Shown here in pieces: positions 8,338 through 17,959 of a DNA stretch of 64,000 bases; positions within the stretch are counted from its first letter, which is position 1; each line of letters begins with the position of its first letter. The notes beneath the pieces were generated by a model. That model saw only the letters and a program-made list of their open reading frames with translations. It was not told the origin of the DNA and made no database searches. Both the position numbers and the translations under genes were made by a program. The stretch spans positions 1 to 64,000 of the forward strand of contig CAVWUU010000004.1 in the NCBI GenBank assembly GCA_963758295.1, written 5' to 3'. Source of the DNA: Candidatus Eremiobacteria bacterium (lineage in GTDB: Bacteria > Vulcanimicrobiota > Vulcanimicrobiia > Vulcanimicrobiales > Vulcanimicrobiaceae).

Positions 8338-8807
8338 TGGGTTTTTACGATTCGTTCGAGATTAGCGCTTCGGGACTTTCGGCGGAGCGGTTGTCGATGG
8401 ACGTGATCGCGAATAATATCGCGAACGCGAATACGACGCGAACGCCGCAAGGCGGGGCGTTCAAACGCCAACTCGTGGTTTTCGCTCAGAAGCCGGGTGC
8501 CGTCGATCCTTCGAGCGATCCCAGCGATCCGTCGTCGGACGCGTTCGATCCGAATGCAGCGCCGAAGGCTCAGGTCGAAGGCGTTCAGGCACTTGGCATC
8601 ATCAACGATCAGAGCCCGGACCGTCTCGAGTTCGATCCGAGCAATCCGGAAGCGGATGCTCGTGGCTACGTTCACTATCCCAACGTGCAGGTCGTCAAAG
8701 AAATGGTAGACATGATGGCTGCCTCGCGCGCCTATGAAGCCAACGTCGCGGCGATTCAAGAGAATCGCAATATGAACAACGCGGCAATTTCGCTGCTGAA
8801 GAGCTAA
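8337..8807 (+). CDS. flgC: flagellar basal-body rod protein FlgC
   Basis: SASGLSAERLSMDVIANNIANANTTR, GYVHYPNV, EMVDMMAASRAYEAN. Confidence 0.96.
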   Translation: MGFYDSFEISASGLSAERLSMDVIANNIANANTTRTPQGGAFKRQLVVFAQKPGAVDPSSDPSDPSSDAFDPNAAPKAQVEGVQALGIINDQSPDRLEFDPSNPEADARGYVHYPNVQVVKEMVDMMAASRAYEANVAAIQENRNMNNAAISLLKS

Positions 8808-8816
8808 AGAAGTACG

Positions 8817-9182
8817 ATGGAAATCAATTCCTACGGGTCCTCGATGGGCAAGATTATGCCCGGCACGTTCGTTCCCGACATCTCGCCGGCCGGTCCGAAG
8901 TCCGAACCGCTGGGCGACGATGGCCTCGGCGGAGACGCCGTCGGCGGTGTCGGATCCGCTGCGGGTTCGTTCAAAGATACGGTCAAGTCGTTCCTGGACG
9001 ACGTGAACGACAAGCAGATTACGGCCGACCAGAAGTCGCAAGACCTCGCGCTGGGCAAGAGCAACGATCTCGAAGGCACGATCAAGTCGGTCGAAGAGGC
9101 CGGTCTGTCGATGCAGTTCACGCTGGCTATCCGGAATAAACTCCTGGACGCCTATACCGAAATCCAGCGGATGCAGGTTTAA
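8817..9182 (+). CDS. fliE: flagellar hook-basal body protein FliE
   Basis: C-terminal AGLSMQFTLAIRNKLLDAYTEIQRMQV. Confidence 0.93.
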   Translation: MEINSYGSSMGKIMPGTFVPDISPAGPKSEPLGDDGLGGDAVGGVGSAAGSFKDTVKSFLDDVNDKQITADQKSQDLALGKSNDLEGTIKSVEEAGLSMQFTLAIRNKLLDAYTEIQRMQV

Positions 9183-9227
9183 CGCTGCGGCTCGAATCCG
9201 CAGCCTCCGATAAGCTAACCCAGATCG

Positions 9228-9259
9228 CGGTCCGGACTAAAGTCCGGACCGTTTTTGTT
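9228..9259 (+). terminator. intrinsic terminator after fliE
   Basis: CGGTCCGGAC-TAAA-GTCCGGACCG followed by TTTTTGTT. Confidence 0.85.
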
Positions 9260-9304
9260 CGAAGTAGAAGATGTACCGGTTTGGTTTAACCGGTATCGTC
9301 GTAT

Positions 9305-9480
9305 GGCACTCATCGGCCGGATGCCGATGGGGTTGGAGAGCCGAGACGGCGTCCCCGCGCGAGCGGGGCGTAAACTTGCGGCAGGACGCCTTGGCACGAG
9401 AGCGAGGCCGCAGCGGGGACTGGACTGATTGAAAGTCTTCGCAATCCGGGGTAACCGGAACCGTTTCGTGCGGAGGTTTT
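9305..9480 (+). promoter_or_regulatory. structured 5' leader (or sRNA) upstream of flgF with GGA-loop hairpins
   Basis: CATCGGC-CGGAT-GCCGATG, CCCCGC-GCGA-GCGGGG, GGC-AGGAC-GCC; SD CGGAGG 9471-9476. Confidence 0.4.
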
Positions 9481-9485
9481 TTCTT

Positions 9486-10283
9486 TTGGTACGTGGCCTC
9501 TATACGGCCGCGAGCGGTGCGCTCGTAGCCCAGAGCATGGCCGACAACGTCGCGAATAATCTCGCGAACGTGAACACCAGCGGCTTTAAACAGTCGCTGT
9601 TGCAAGTGCAGTCGGCGCAGAGTATGGACATCTACCGGATCCAAACGGATCCCGGGCAGACGCAGGGGCGCGCGCTTCCCGGCGTCTCCGTCGCGCAATA
9701 CGTCGGTACGCTCGGCACGGGGTCGCAAATTTACGACACGCCCAACAGCTTCGAGCAAGGGCCGCTGCAGCAGACGGGCAACACGCTAGACGTCGCGATT
9801 TCCGGCTCGGCCAACGCGTTCTTCACGGTTGCAACGCCGCAAGGCGCACGCTACACGCGCAATGGCGAGTTCGCCGAGGATTCCAACGGCTACATCCGCA
9901 CGCAAGACGGCAACGCCGTGCTCTCGACGCAAGGCCGGCCGATTCAGCTGCAGTCGCAAGGCGCCGTTCAGATCGGCAAAGACGGCACCATCTCGCAGAA
10001 CGGCCGCCAGGTCGCGCAACTCCAGCTCACCGCGTTCAACAGCCTCGTAAACCTCCGGGCTGAAGGCGCAAACAATTTCGTCGTTTCCGGAAACGCCGGA
10101 CCGCGTGCAGCAACGGGCGCAACCGTCGAACAAGGCGCGCTTGAGAAGAGCAACGCCAATGTCGTTCGCTCGATGGTCGACCTAATCACCGCGGAACGCT
10201 GGTTCGACGCAAACGAAAAAGTCATCAAGACGCAAGACGACGCTACCAATCAGGCGATCACGCAAGTCGCCAGGACGCAATAA
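9486..10283 (+). CDS. flgF: flagellar basal-body rod protein FlgF
   Basis: (M)VRGLYTAASG, NNLANVNTSGFK, YTRNGEF, LEKSNANVV; TTG start after GGAGG. Confidence 0.9.
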   Translation: MVRGLYTAASGALVAQSMADNVANNLANVNTSGFKQSLLQVQSAQSMDIYRIQTDPGQTQGRALPGVSVAQYVGTLGTGSQIYDTPNSFEQGPLQQTGNTLDVAISGSANAFFTVATPQGARYTRNGEFAEDSNGYIRTQDGNAVLSTQGRPIQLQSQGAVQIGKDGTISQNGRQVAQLQLTAFNSLVNLRAEGANNFVVSGNAGPRAATGATVEQGALEKSNANVVRSMVDLITAERWFDANEKVIKTQDDATNQAITQVARTQ

Positions 10284-10300
10284 AAGGGAGTCACGGAACA

Positions 10301-11095
10301 ATGATGCGATCGCTTTATACTGCGGCCAGCGGCATGATTGCCCAGCAGTACAACATGGACACCATTTCCAACAACATCGCCAACGTCAACACGACGGGCT
10401 TCAAAGGCAACATGGCGCGGTTCCAGGATCTGGTGTACCAGCAAATCCAGGCTCCCGGTTCACCAGTAGGCGCGACGGTCGTTCCCGTCGGGCAGGACGT
10501 CGGACTCGGCGTCAAAGTCGCTTCGTCGGAGAAGGTTTTCACGCAGGGCTCGCTCGTGCAGACCAGCAATCCGCTCGACGCAGCGATCGAAGGCGACGGG
10601 TTCTTTCAAGTGACGATGCCCGACGGCACGACCGCGTACACGCGCGATGGTTCGTTCAAAGAAGACGCAAACGGCTCGATCGTTACGGCCGACGGCTACT
10701 TCTTGCAGCCGCAAATCACCATTCCGCAGAACGCGACCGCAGTCACGATCGGAAAAGACGGCACGGTAAGCGCGAGCGTTCCGGGCAGCAGTCAGCCCCA
10801 AACGCTAGGCCAAATCCAGCTTGCGCGTTTCGTGAACAACGCCGGCCTTTCTCCGGCCGGCGGCGGCAATCTGTATACGCAAACCGCCGCGAGCGGACCG
10901 CCCATCGTTTCGCAAGCCGGCCTCAACGGAGCGGGCGTGCTGCAAGGCGGTTACACCGAAAACTCCAACGTGCAAGTCGTCAACGAGATCGTCAACATGA
11001 TCGTCGCGCAGCGCGCGTACGAAGCGAACTCGAAGTCGATCGGTGCGGCGGACCAGATGCTCGCCACCGCCGTTCAACTTTCGCCGTTCCAATAA
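10301..11095 (+). CDS. flgG: flagellar basal-body distal rod protein FlgG
   Basis: MMRSLYTAASGMIAQQ, FQDLVYQ, GDGFFQV, YTRDGSF, MIVAQRAYEANSK. Confidence 0.96.
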   Translation: MMRSLYTAASGMIAQQYNMDTISNNIANVNTTGFKGNMARFQDLVYQQIQAPGSPVGATVVPVGQDVGLGVKVASSEKVFTQGSLVQTSNPLDAAIEGDGFFQVTMPDGTTAYTRDGSFKEDANGSIVTADGYFLQPQITIPQNATAVTIGKDGTVSASVPGSSQPQTLGQIQLARFVNNAGLSPAGGGNLYTQTAASGPPIVSQAGLNGAGVLQGGYTENSNVQVVNEIVNMIVAQRAYEANSKSIGAADQMLATAVQLSPFQ

Positions 11096-11106
11096 CGAGC
11101 AACTGA

Positions 11107-11832
11107 ATGATTCGCTTCGTCGTCGTCGCCGCCGTCGTCAGCGCGTTCGCCACGCTTGTGTGCGGGCCGTTGCCGGCGCGCGCGCTTTCGACGGCGACGC
11201 AGCGCATCGAAGGCAAGCGTATCGAAGCGCTTGCGAAGCCGCTCGTCACGCACGTTTCGTTAACCGGCGACGCCTCGCTGGTACCGGCATTTCCGATTCC
11301 GGATCAAACCGTTCCGGCGGGCCGCGTTTCGCTCGTCGCCGGCACGCCGGTGACGACGCCGTCGTACGTCAACGTACCGGTCGAAGTGGACCTCAACGGA
11401 AAGTACCTGCGCACGATTTTCGTCGGCTACCGCGTTCAGCAGTGGATTCGCACGGCTGTCGCGGCGCACGATCTCGTTCCGGGAACGGTTCTCGCCGACG
11501 GCGATCTTACGATTGCCCGCGTGCCGTACGGCGGCCAGCACGCGAACGGAACCCAAGTGCTTTTAGGGCGAAAGATTCTCGGCGCGATTCGCGCCGGCGC
11601 GCCGGTCGCGATCGAGCAAACCTTAACGAATCAAATCGTGAAGCCGGGAGCCAGTGTCGTCCTTATCGTACACGACGGCGGCGTTTCCGTTGCAGCCGAC
11701 GTCGTCGCCAGAACGGGCGGCGGCTTGGGCGACCAAATTTCCATTTACAATCCGCAGACGAACAAGACGCTTTCCGGCACGGTCATCGGCCCGGATCGCG
11801 TCGAGTTGAATCTCTCGGGAGACGTGCAGTGA
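11107..11832 (+). CDS. flgA: flagellar P-ring formation chaperone FlgA
   Basis: Signal peptide, SAF-like domain, C-terminal GGLGDQISIYNPQTNKTLSGTVIG; position between flgG and flgH. Confidence 0.88.
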   Translation: MIRFVVVAAVVSAFATLVCGPLPARALSTATQRIEGKRIEALAKPLVTHVSLTGDASLVPAFPIPDQTVPAGRVSLVAGTPVTTPSYVNVPVEVDLNGKYLRTIFVGYRVQQWIRTAVAAHDLVPGTVLADGDLTIARVPYGGQHANGTQVLLGRKILGAIRAGAPVAIEQTLTNQIVKPGASVVLIVHDGGVSVAADVVARTGGGLGDQISIYNPQTNKTLSGTVIGPDRVELNLSGDVQ

Positions 11833-12425
11833 TGTTTCGTAAAACGGCGATCGTGATGGCGGCTCTCCTGCTCGCGCCTTTAGCGGCGAGCGCTGATACG
11901 CTGTATCAGGCGGCTCCGCCGCCCGCGGGTCCCGGCCACCCGTTGCGCCTTGGGCCCGATCATCGCGCGCAGCAGATCGGCGATTTGGTGTACGTGCAGT
12001 TCGATTTCAACGACTCGAGCGCGCACACAAACAACTACGCGAGCAGCAAACAGTTCAACATGAGCGGCGGACCCGGGACGGGCCTTTTCAACGTCCTGTT
12101 GCTCCATAACACGAATTCGCTCACTGGACAGAGCGCAACGTCGACGGCGCAATCGGCCAACGGCGCCGATAGCTTCATTTCGACGATGATGGCGACGGTC
12201 ACGAACGTGCTGCCGAGCGGCGCCTTGGAGATCCAGGGCGACCAAGGCATCTCGATCAACGGCCGCCAGCAGACGCTGCACATCAGCGGCACGATCCGGC
12301 CGGAAGACATCGACAACTCGGACGCTATTTTGTCATCTCGCGTCGCAAACGCTCATGCCGAGTTCAAGGGTGACGATCAAAAGAATAAGGGTCTTCTTTC
12401 CCGGATCCTGAGCTGGCTTTTTTAG
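11832..12425 (+). CDS. flgH: flagellar L-ring protein FlgH
   Basis: DHRAQQIGDLV, VTNVLPSGALEIQG, ISGTIRPEDI, SSRVANA, KGLLSRILSWLF. Confidence 0.92.
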   Translation: MFRKTAIVMAALLLAPLAASADTLYQAAPPPAGPGHPLRLGPDHRAQQIGDLVYVQFDFNDSSAHTNNYASSKQFNMSGGPGTGLFNVLLLHNTNSLTGQSATSTAQSANGADSFISTMMATVTNVLPSGALEIQGDQGISINGRQQTLHISGTIRPEDIDNSDAILSSRVANAHAEFKGDDQKNKGLLSRILSWLF

Positions 12426-12435
12426 GTACCAAAAT

Positions 12436-13572
12436 ATGACCGCACGTTTCGCACGATCTCTCAAGGTTCTGAGCGCTCTCGCACTCGCATTCGCGACGGT
12501 GGGCGTGCCTGCGCACGCGCAATCGACCGGCATGTCGGTGCATGTGAAGGACATCGCGCACGTGCAGGGCGTCACGGGTAATCAGCTCGTCGGTTACGGC
12601 GTCGTCGTCGGCTTGCAAGGCACGGGCGATTCAACCTCGGTCATCTTCACGAGCCAGACGATTCAAAACATCCTGCAGAGCTTCGGCCTGACGGTGCAGC
12701 AGAACGCGGTTCGCACGCGTGACGTTGCGGCGGTCATCGTCACGGCCACGCTGCCGGCGTTCGCGCACTCCGGCGACAACGTCGATGTAAACGTCTCGGC
12801 GATGGGCGATTCGTCAAGCCTTCAGGGCGGCACGCTCGTGCTAACCGAGCTGAAAGGCGCAAACAATCTCGTGTATGCGACCGCGCAAGGATCGGTCTCC
12901 GTAGGCGGCTTCGTCGCCGGCTTTAGCGGCAGCTCGGTCAATAAGAATTACACCGGCGCCGGACGCATTCCGAACGGCGCGGTGATTGCGCGCGACATGA
13001 TCACGCCGCTGCAAAGCGATCAAAACGGCTTCAATTACGTGTTGACGACGCCGGACTATAAGACGGCGGCGAACCTAGCCTCCGTGCTGAACGGGCACTT
13101 CGGCGCTCGTACGGCCACCGCGCTTGACGCGGAAACCGTCCACGTCAACCTTCCGGGCGGCTATGGCAACAATCCCGTGCAGTTTCTTGCCGATGCGTCT
13201 GATCTGAGCTTCTCGCAAGACCAGCTGGCGAAGGTCGTCATGAACGAACGCACCGGAACGATCGTGTTCGGCGGGAATATCAAGCTCGCGCCCTGCGCCA
13301 TCGCGCACGGCGATCTCACGATCACCATTGCCACGCAGAATGAAGTCTCGCAGCCGAATCCGCTGAGTAACGGGCAAACGGCCCTACAGCAGAACAGCCA
13401 GATTCAAGCCACGGAACGCGGCAAACAGCTTACGTTCATCGCCGGGGCCGCGACGCTTTCGTCGGTCGTGCGCGCGCTCAACGCGCTGGGTGTTTCGCCC
13501 CGCGACTTGATTGCGATCGTGCAGGCTCTCCGCGCGTCCGGCTCGCTGCAAGCCGACCTGGAGATCATCTAA
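12436..13572 (+). CDS. flgI: flagellar P-ring protein FlgI
   Basis: NQLVGYGVVVGLQGTGD, SLQGGTL, NERTGTIV, ALNALGVSPRDLIAIVQAL..GSLQADLEII. Confidence 0.96.
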   Translation: MTARFARSLKVLSALALAFATVGVPAHAQSTGMSVHVKDIAHVQGVTGNQLVGYGVVVGLQGTGDSTSVIFTSQTIQNILQSFGLTVQQNAVRTRDVAAVIVTATLPAFAHSGDNVDVNVSAMGDSSSLQGGTLVLTELKGANNLVYATAQGSVSVGGFVAGFSGSSVNKNYTGAGRIPNGAVIARDMITPLQSDQNGFNYVLTTPDYKTAANLASVLNGHFGARTATALDAETVHVNLPGGYGNNPVQFLADASDLSFSQDQLAKVVMNERTGTIVFGGNIKLAPCAIAHGDLTITIATQNEVSQPNPLSNGQTALQQNSQIQATERGKQLTFIAGAATLSSVVRALNALGVSPRDLIAIVQALRASGSLQADLEII

Positions 13573-13931
13573 TGGCCGACTTCGGAAAGATCGGCGACGC
13601 GCTCAACGCTTCGAAGGCGCCGGAATATACTGCGGTTCAAAAGCAGGCGCTCTCGCGGCTTCACGACGCGACGACCCAGCTCGAGGGCGTCTTTCTACAG
13701 ATGGTTATGAGCGCGATGAACGACACCGTGCCGAAGGACTCGATCTTCGGCCAGGAGTCCTCGTCGGAACAAACGTGGGAAGGCATGCTCAGCGACGAGC
13801 GCGCGCAAGCAATTGCGAAGAGCGGCTCGCTCGGCATCGGCAAAATTCTCGAGCACCAGCTCAAGAATCAAGTGCTCGGCGACGCGCAACAGGAAGCGCA
13901 CACCGACGTTAACCGGAGGATCGACCCGTGA
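13572..13931 (+). CDS. flgJ: rod-binding protein FlgJ (rod-cap domain only)
   Basis: QLEGVFLQMVMSAM..GSLGIGKILEHQL; follows flgI. Confidence 0.82.
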   Translation: MADFGKIGDALNASKAPEYTAVQKQALSRLHDATTQLEGVFLQMVMSAMNDTVPKDSIFGQESSSEQTWEGMLSDERAQAIAKSGSLGIGKILEHQLKNQVLGDAQQEAHTDVNRRIDP

Positions 13932-14407
13932 CCGATTCTTGGGACAGTTTTGTGGGGGCGCTCACCGAGGAAGCCACGCTGCTGGTTGGGATGAACGAGT
14001 CCGCGCTCGGATTGACACGCGCACTGGTTGACGGAAACGCCGACACCATCATGGCGGCGGAACGCGAACTCGATGCGGCGCGGCGCGGCTACCAAGCGGC
14101 GTGCGGAAAACGTCGCGGTATGCAAGTGCGCGGCTTCGGAACGCTGACGCTTCGTCAAGTGTGCGGCTACGCACCGAAGAACTTACGCATGGCGATCAAC
14201 CAGCGGCTGGCCGAACTTTCGACCGGATCGATTCAGCTCGGTATCACGACCAATAACAACAAGGCACTCATCGCCAGCGGCATGGAGCGCCTGATGAAGA
14301 TGACGTCGGCTTTGCAAAAAGCTACGAACGACGGTCCCGGAACCTACAAGCGGCGCGGCTTCGTTCCGCCGCCGACCAACAGCGTCTTGGTGAGCAGCAA
14401 AGTATGA
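13928..14407 (+). CDS. flgN: flagellar export chaperone FlgN
   Basis: Helical 159 aa protein with a late NNNKALI motif, directly upstream of flgK. Confidence 0.7.
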   Translation: MTDSWDSFVGALTEEATLLVGMNESALGLTRALVDGNADTIMAAERELDAARRGYQAACGKRRGMQVRGFGTLTLRQVCGYAPKNLRMAINQRLAELSTGSIQLGITTNNNKALIASGMERLMKMTSALQKATNDGPGTYKRRGFVPPPTNSVLVSSKV

Positions 14408-16596
14408 CTTTCTTCCCGCAAGGTTCGTTCTTCGGCATCGACCTGATGAGCACGTCGCTGCAGTCGTACTCGGTAGCCGAGAACGTCACAGCCGACAACC
14501 TCTCGAACGTCAACACGCCGGGCGCGTCGCGCCAGCAAGTGCAGTTCAACGAAGCGCAACCCATTGCGGGTTCGCCTTTCATGTCCACGCACGTCGCCGG
14601 AACCGTCGGCGAAGGCGCCGTCATCCAAGAGATTCAACGCATTCATTCCGACGCGTATGACGCGCTTTTCCGCGGCGCATCTTCGTCGCAGAACTACTAC
14701 ACGACCCAGCAAAACATTCTTAGCGCCGTTCAGTCGACGCTCGGTGACCCGAACTCCGGCATCGCGACGCAGTACTCGCAGTTTCAAACGGCCGTCGCGC
14801 AGCTCGTTTCGCAAGCCTCGAGCGGGCAGAGTTCCACGGCGCGCGCAAACGTTTTGACGCAAGCTCAAGCGCTTACGAACTCGCTCAACAGCGCCTCGAA
14901 CGCGATCACGCAGCAGAAGGCTCAGACGCTGCAGCAAGGCGCCGCGATCGTCACGACGGTCAACGGTATCCTCGATCAGATCGCCGCGTTGAACGGACAG
15001 ATCCGCGCTTCGACGGCCGTCGGCGACAGCCCGAACACGTTTTCGGATCAGCGCGACTATCTCATCGATCAGCTTTCGCAGTATGTTTCGACGCAAACGT
15101 CGATCCAGAGCGACGGTTCGACGCTCGTCACGGTGAACGGCCAGGCGCTGGTAAACGATACCGTCGCGTATCATCTCGCCGCACCGGTGGTTGGCACGGC
15201 GGCGAACGGCACGCAAACGTTCAAGGTCGATTTCGCAACGACGCCACCGGCGCCGGCAAGCGCACCGGGCATCCCCCTAGGCAGCGGACAGCTTGCCGCG
15301 CTGCAAGACGTCTACAACAACAAGCTTTCGAACTACGGAACGCAACTCGACCAGTTCGCCTCGTCGCTCGCGACTGAGGTCAACCGCGTTACGCAATCGG
15401 GTTACGATGCCAACGGCCAGCCGGGAACCGCGCTGTTCCAGCCGATCGTTGCCTCGATGCCGATCACCGCAGGCAACATTCAAGTCGGAATCGCGAACCC
15501 CAACCAGTTACCGGTCGCGCTCGCCAATACGAGCGCCGGTAGCCTCGTGACTGCATTGAATTCCGCGAACAACAGCGTAGATACGTCGCAACCGATCGAC
15601 GGCTATGCGAGCCTCGCCAATCCGCCGGCCGCAGATAGCGCCGGACCGCCGGTTTCCGGGGGAACCTCCGGTACGCTGACGATTAGCGTCGACGGGCAAA
15701 CGCAGACGTTTGCCTATAGCACGAACGCGCTCGCAGCAGGACCGCCTGCGCCGAATGCCACGTCGATCAATCAGTTCATCCAGTCGTTCAATGCCGGCCA
15801 GTACGGCGTAACCGCGTCATTCGACACGAACTCTCAACGCATCGTGTTTCAGCGCGATCCTTCCAACGAGAATCTCGTGCTGCGCGGAAACCAGCAGTCG
15901 AGTCCGTCGACGCCGGACTTCACGATTGCCGATACGCCAACCGGCGGAGCGGGCATCTTGAGCGCACTCGGTGCTTCGGGAATCAACGGCGTTACGCAGA
16001 ACGCCGGCAACGCGTTCGGCGCGAATGATAACGGCGGCGCGAACGCGCTCGTCAAAATGTTCCAAGCGACGATCGGCGTGCCGGCGCTCGAAGCGAAGAG
16101 TCCAGTTGCGGCGGCCGCCGGTTCTCCCGTTACCGTGGCGCTCGTCGGCACTGGTGTTTCGAACATTCAAGTCGGGCAGGTGCTCACCCTCGACGCTCAG
16201 CCCGGAGGCGGTTCACCGCAAGAAAACGTCGTGGTGAGCTCGATCAGCGTCAATCCGATGACCGGCATCGAATCGGTGACGTTCACGCCGCAAAACGCGC
16301 ACGCCGCGAATTTCACGATCGCGTCGGCGCAGACGCAAACGTTGCAGCAGTTCTACGGCCAGACGATCACGCAAGTCGGCTTAGACACGCAGACGGCTAA
16401 GACCGGAACCTCGACGCAAACAACGCTTGCGAGCAATATCGATCAAGTACGGCAGAGCATCTCGGGCATCAATACCGACGAAGAAACGCAGAACTTGATC
16501 AAATACCAGAACGCCTATCAGGCGGCAGCAAAAACGATCAGTGTACTCAACCAGTTGTTGAACACGGTCATCACCGGACTCGGTGTCGGCGGGTAG
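14404..16596 (+). CDS. flgK: flagellar hook-associated protein 1 FlgK (with large insertion)
   Basis: ADNLSNVNTPGASRQ, DQRDYLIDQLS, SISGINTDEETQNLIKYQNAYQAAAK. Confidence 0.95.
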   Translation: MTFFPQGSFFGIDLMSTSLQSYSVAENVTADNLSNVNTPGASRQQVQFNEAQPIAGSPFMSTHVAGTVGEGAVIQEIQRIHSDAYDALFRGASSSQNYYTTQQNILSAVQSTLGDPNSGIATQYSQFQTAVAQLVSQASSGQSSTARANVLTQAQALTNSLNSASNAITQQKAQTLQQGAAIVTTVNGILDQIAALNGQIRASTAVGDSPNTFSDQRDYLIDQLSQYVSTQTSIQSDGSTLVTVNGQALVNDTVAYHLAAPVVGTAANGTQTFKVDFATTPPAPASAPGIPLGSGQLAALQDVYNNKLSNYGTQLDQFASSLATEVNRVTQSGYDANGQPGTALFQPIVASMPITAGNIQVGIANPNQLPVALANTSAGSLVTALNSANNSVDTSQPIDGYASLANPPAADSAGPPVSGGTSGTLTISVDGQTQTFAYSTNALAAGPPAPNATSINQFIQSFNAGQYGVTASFDTNSQRIVFQRDPSNENLVLRGNQQSSPSTPDFTIADTPTGGAGILSALGASGINGVTQNAGNAFGANDNGGANALVKMFQATIGVPALEAKSPVAAAAGSPVTVALVGTGVSNIQVGQVLTLDAQPGGGSPQENVVVSSISVNPMTGIESVTFTPQNAHAANFTIASAQTQTLQQFYGQTITQVGLDTQTAKTGTSTQTTLASNIDQVRQSISGINTDEETQNLIKYQNAYQAAAKTISVLNQLLNTVITGLGVGG

Positions 16597-16608
16597 GGAG
16601 GCTAACCG

Positions 16609-17949
16609 ATGCGTATTGCCACTTCGACGATCTATAACAATCAGTCGTCGTCAATCGACAACCTGGAAACGCTGTATCAGCAGCAGGGCCAGGAACTTTC
16701 CTCGGGCAAGTCGCTGAACGCGCCGTCGGACAATCCGATGGTCATCGCGCAAGACTTGGCCGTGCGAAATGACAGCGCCGTAACGACGCAAGTCGGGGCC
16801 AACCTGACAAGCCTCGGGAACGAGCTCACCACGGTCGACGGAGCGATGTCGAGCTTGACGAGCATCATGCAAAGCGCGCGCGCCATTGCGGTGCAGGGTG
16901 CGAGCGATACGCTCACGTCTTCGCAACAGCAGCAGATGTCGCAGCAAGTCGACCAGCTTCTTCAAGAAGCGGTGGGGCTTGCAAACACGCAGTATGGCGG
17001 CAAGTACGTCTTTTCGGGAACCAGTATCGCAACGACGCAGCCGCCGGTGCAAACGGTAGGAAGTCCGATTACGTCCGTGACGTCGCAAGGCAACGTCGTC
17101 CAGCAAACGCAAACGCTTCCGAACGGACAGCAAGTTACCGCCGGCGTCACGCTCCAGCAGGCGTTCAATTTTAATTCCCCGGACGGCTCCCCGGATGTGT
17201 TTCAGACCTTGATCAGCTTACGCGACACGCTTGCGAAAGGCACCGTGGTCGACAAGAGCCAGCAGCAAGTGAACCAGCCCGGTCAAGCTATCACCGCCGC
17301 GACGTCGCTCTCCAGCCTGGTAAGCGGAGCGTCGCCGCAAATGCTTGCGACGGCACTCCAGCCCGACTCCGCCGCGGTACCGCCGAACCCCGGTAACGTC
17401 ACGATCAACATCTCCGACGCATCGAATGCTGCGGGCGTGAACGTTACGTTCGACACGACCGCCGGCGGGGATACGATCGCATCGATGCTCGCAAAAATAA
17501 ACGCGCAGGCCGCGCCGCTTGGCATCAGCGCATCGTTCGATCCGAAGACGCAGCGCCTTATTTTAAACGGCGGCACGAACGATTTTCAGGTCAACGACGT
17601 TTCCAGTACGGGCGCGGGAACGACGGCCGGAAACTTTACGAAGGCCTTCGGCCTGACGAATCAAGCCGACATCGTAAACAATCTATCCACGCAGCTTGGC
17701 GATATAGACAAGACGCTCTCCGTTGCACTAAACGCTCGCACCGTGGTCGGATCGACGATTCAAACCACGCAAGCGCTTAGCAGCTCGGCAAGTGTCCAAG
17801 TGACAAACGATACGCAGGTGCAGTCGGGTTTGGAAGATGCCGATATAGCTAAGGTGGTTTCGCAGTTCTCACAAACGCAAACCGCGTTGCAGGCAGCATA
17901 TAGCACGACAAGCCGCCTCGAGCAAAAATCGCTCTTGGATTACCTCTAG
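16609..17949 (+). CDS. flgL: flagellar hook-associated protein 3 FlgL
   Basis: MRIATS..LSSGKSLNAPSDNP, ANTQYGGKYVFSG, LEDADIAK..ALQAAY..SLLDYL. Confidence 0.94.
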   Translation: MRIATSTIYNNQSSSIDNLETLYQQQGQELSSGKSLNAPSDNPMVIAQDLAVRNDSAVTTQVGANLTSLGNELTTVDGAMSSLTSIMQSARAIAVQGASDTLTSSQQQQMSQQVDQLLQEAVGLANTQYGGKYVFSGTSIATTQPPVQTVGSPITSVTSQGNVVQQTQTLPNGQQVTAGVTLQQAFNFNSPDGSPDVFQTLISLRDTLAKGTVVDKSQQQVNQPGQAITAATSLSSLVSGASPQMLATALQPDSAAVPPNPGNVTINISDASNAAGVNVTFDTTAGGDTIASMLAKINAQAAPLGISASFDPKTQRLILNGGTNDFQVNDVSSTGAGTTAGNFTKAFGLTNQADIVNNLSTQLGDIDKTLSVALNARTVVGSTIQTTQALSSSASVQVTNDTQVQSGLEDADIAKVVSQFSQTQTALQAAYSTTSRLEQKSLLDYL

Positions 17950-17959
17950 AGGTTTGAGG

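Noticed and set aside
9180..9213. sigma-28 promoter at TCCGATAA 9206
   Set aside because: No -35 at 15-nt spacing (TAACG is 21 nt away) and it lies upstream of a terminator
9305..9430. c-di-GMP riboswitch upstream of flgF
   Set aside because: I could not find the class I or class II consensus elements by eye; needs an Infernal search
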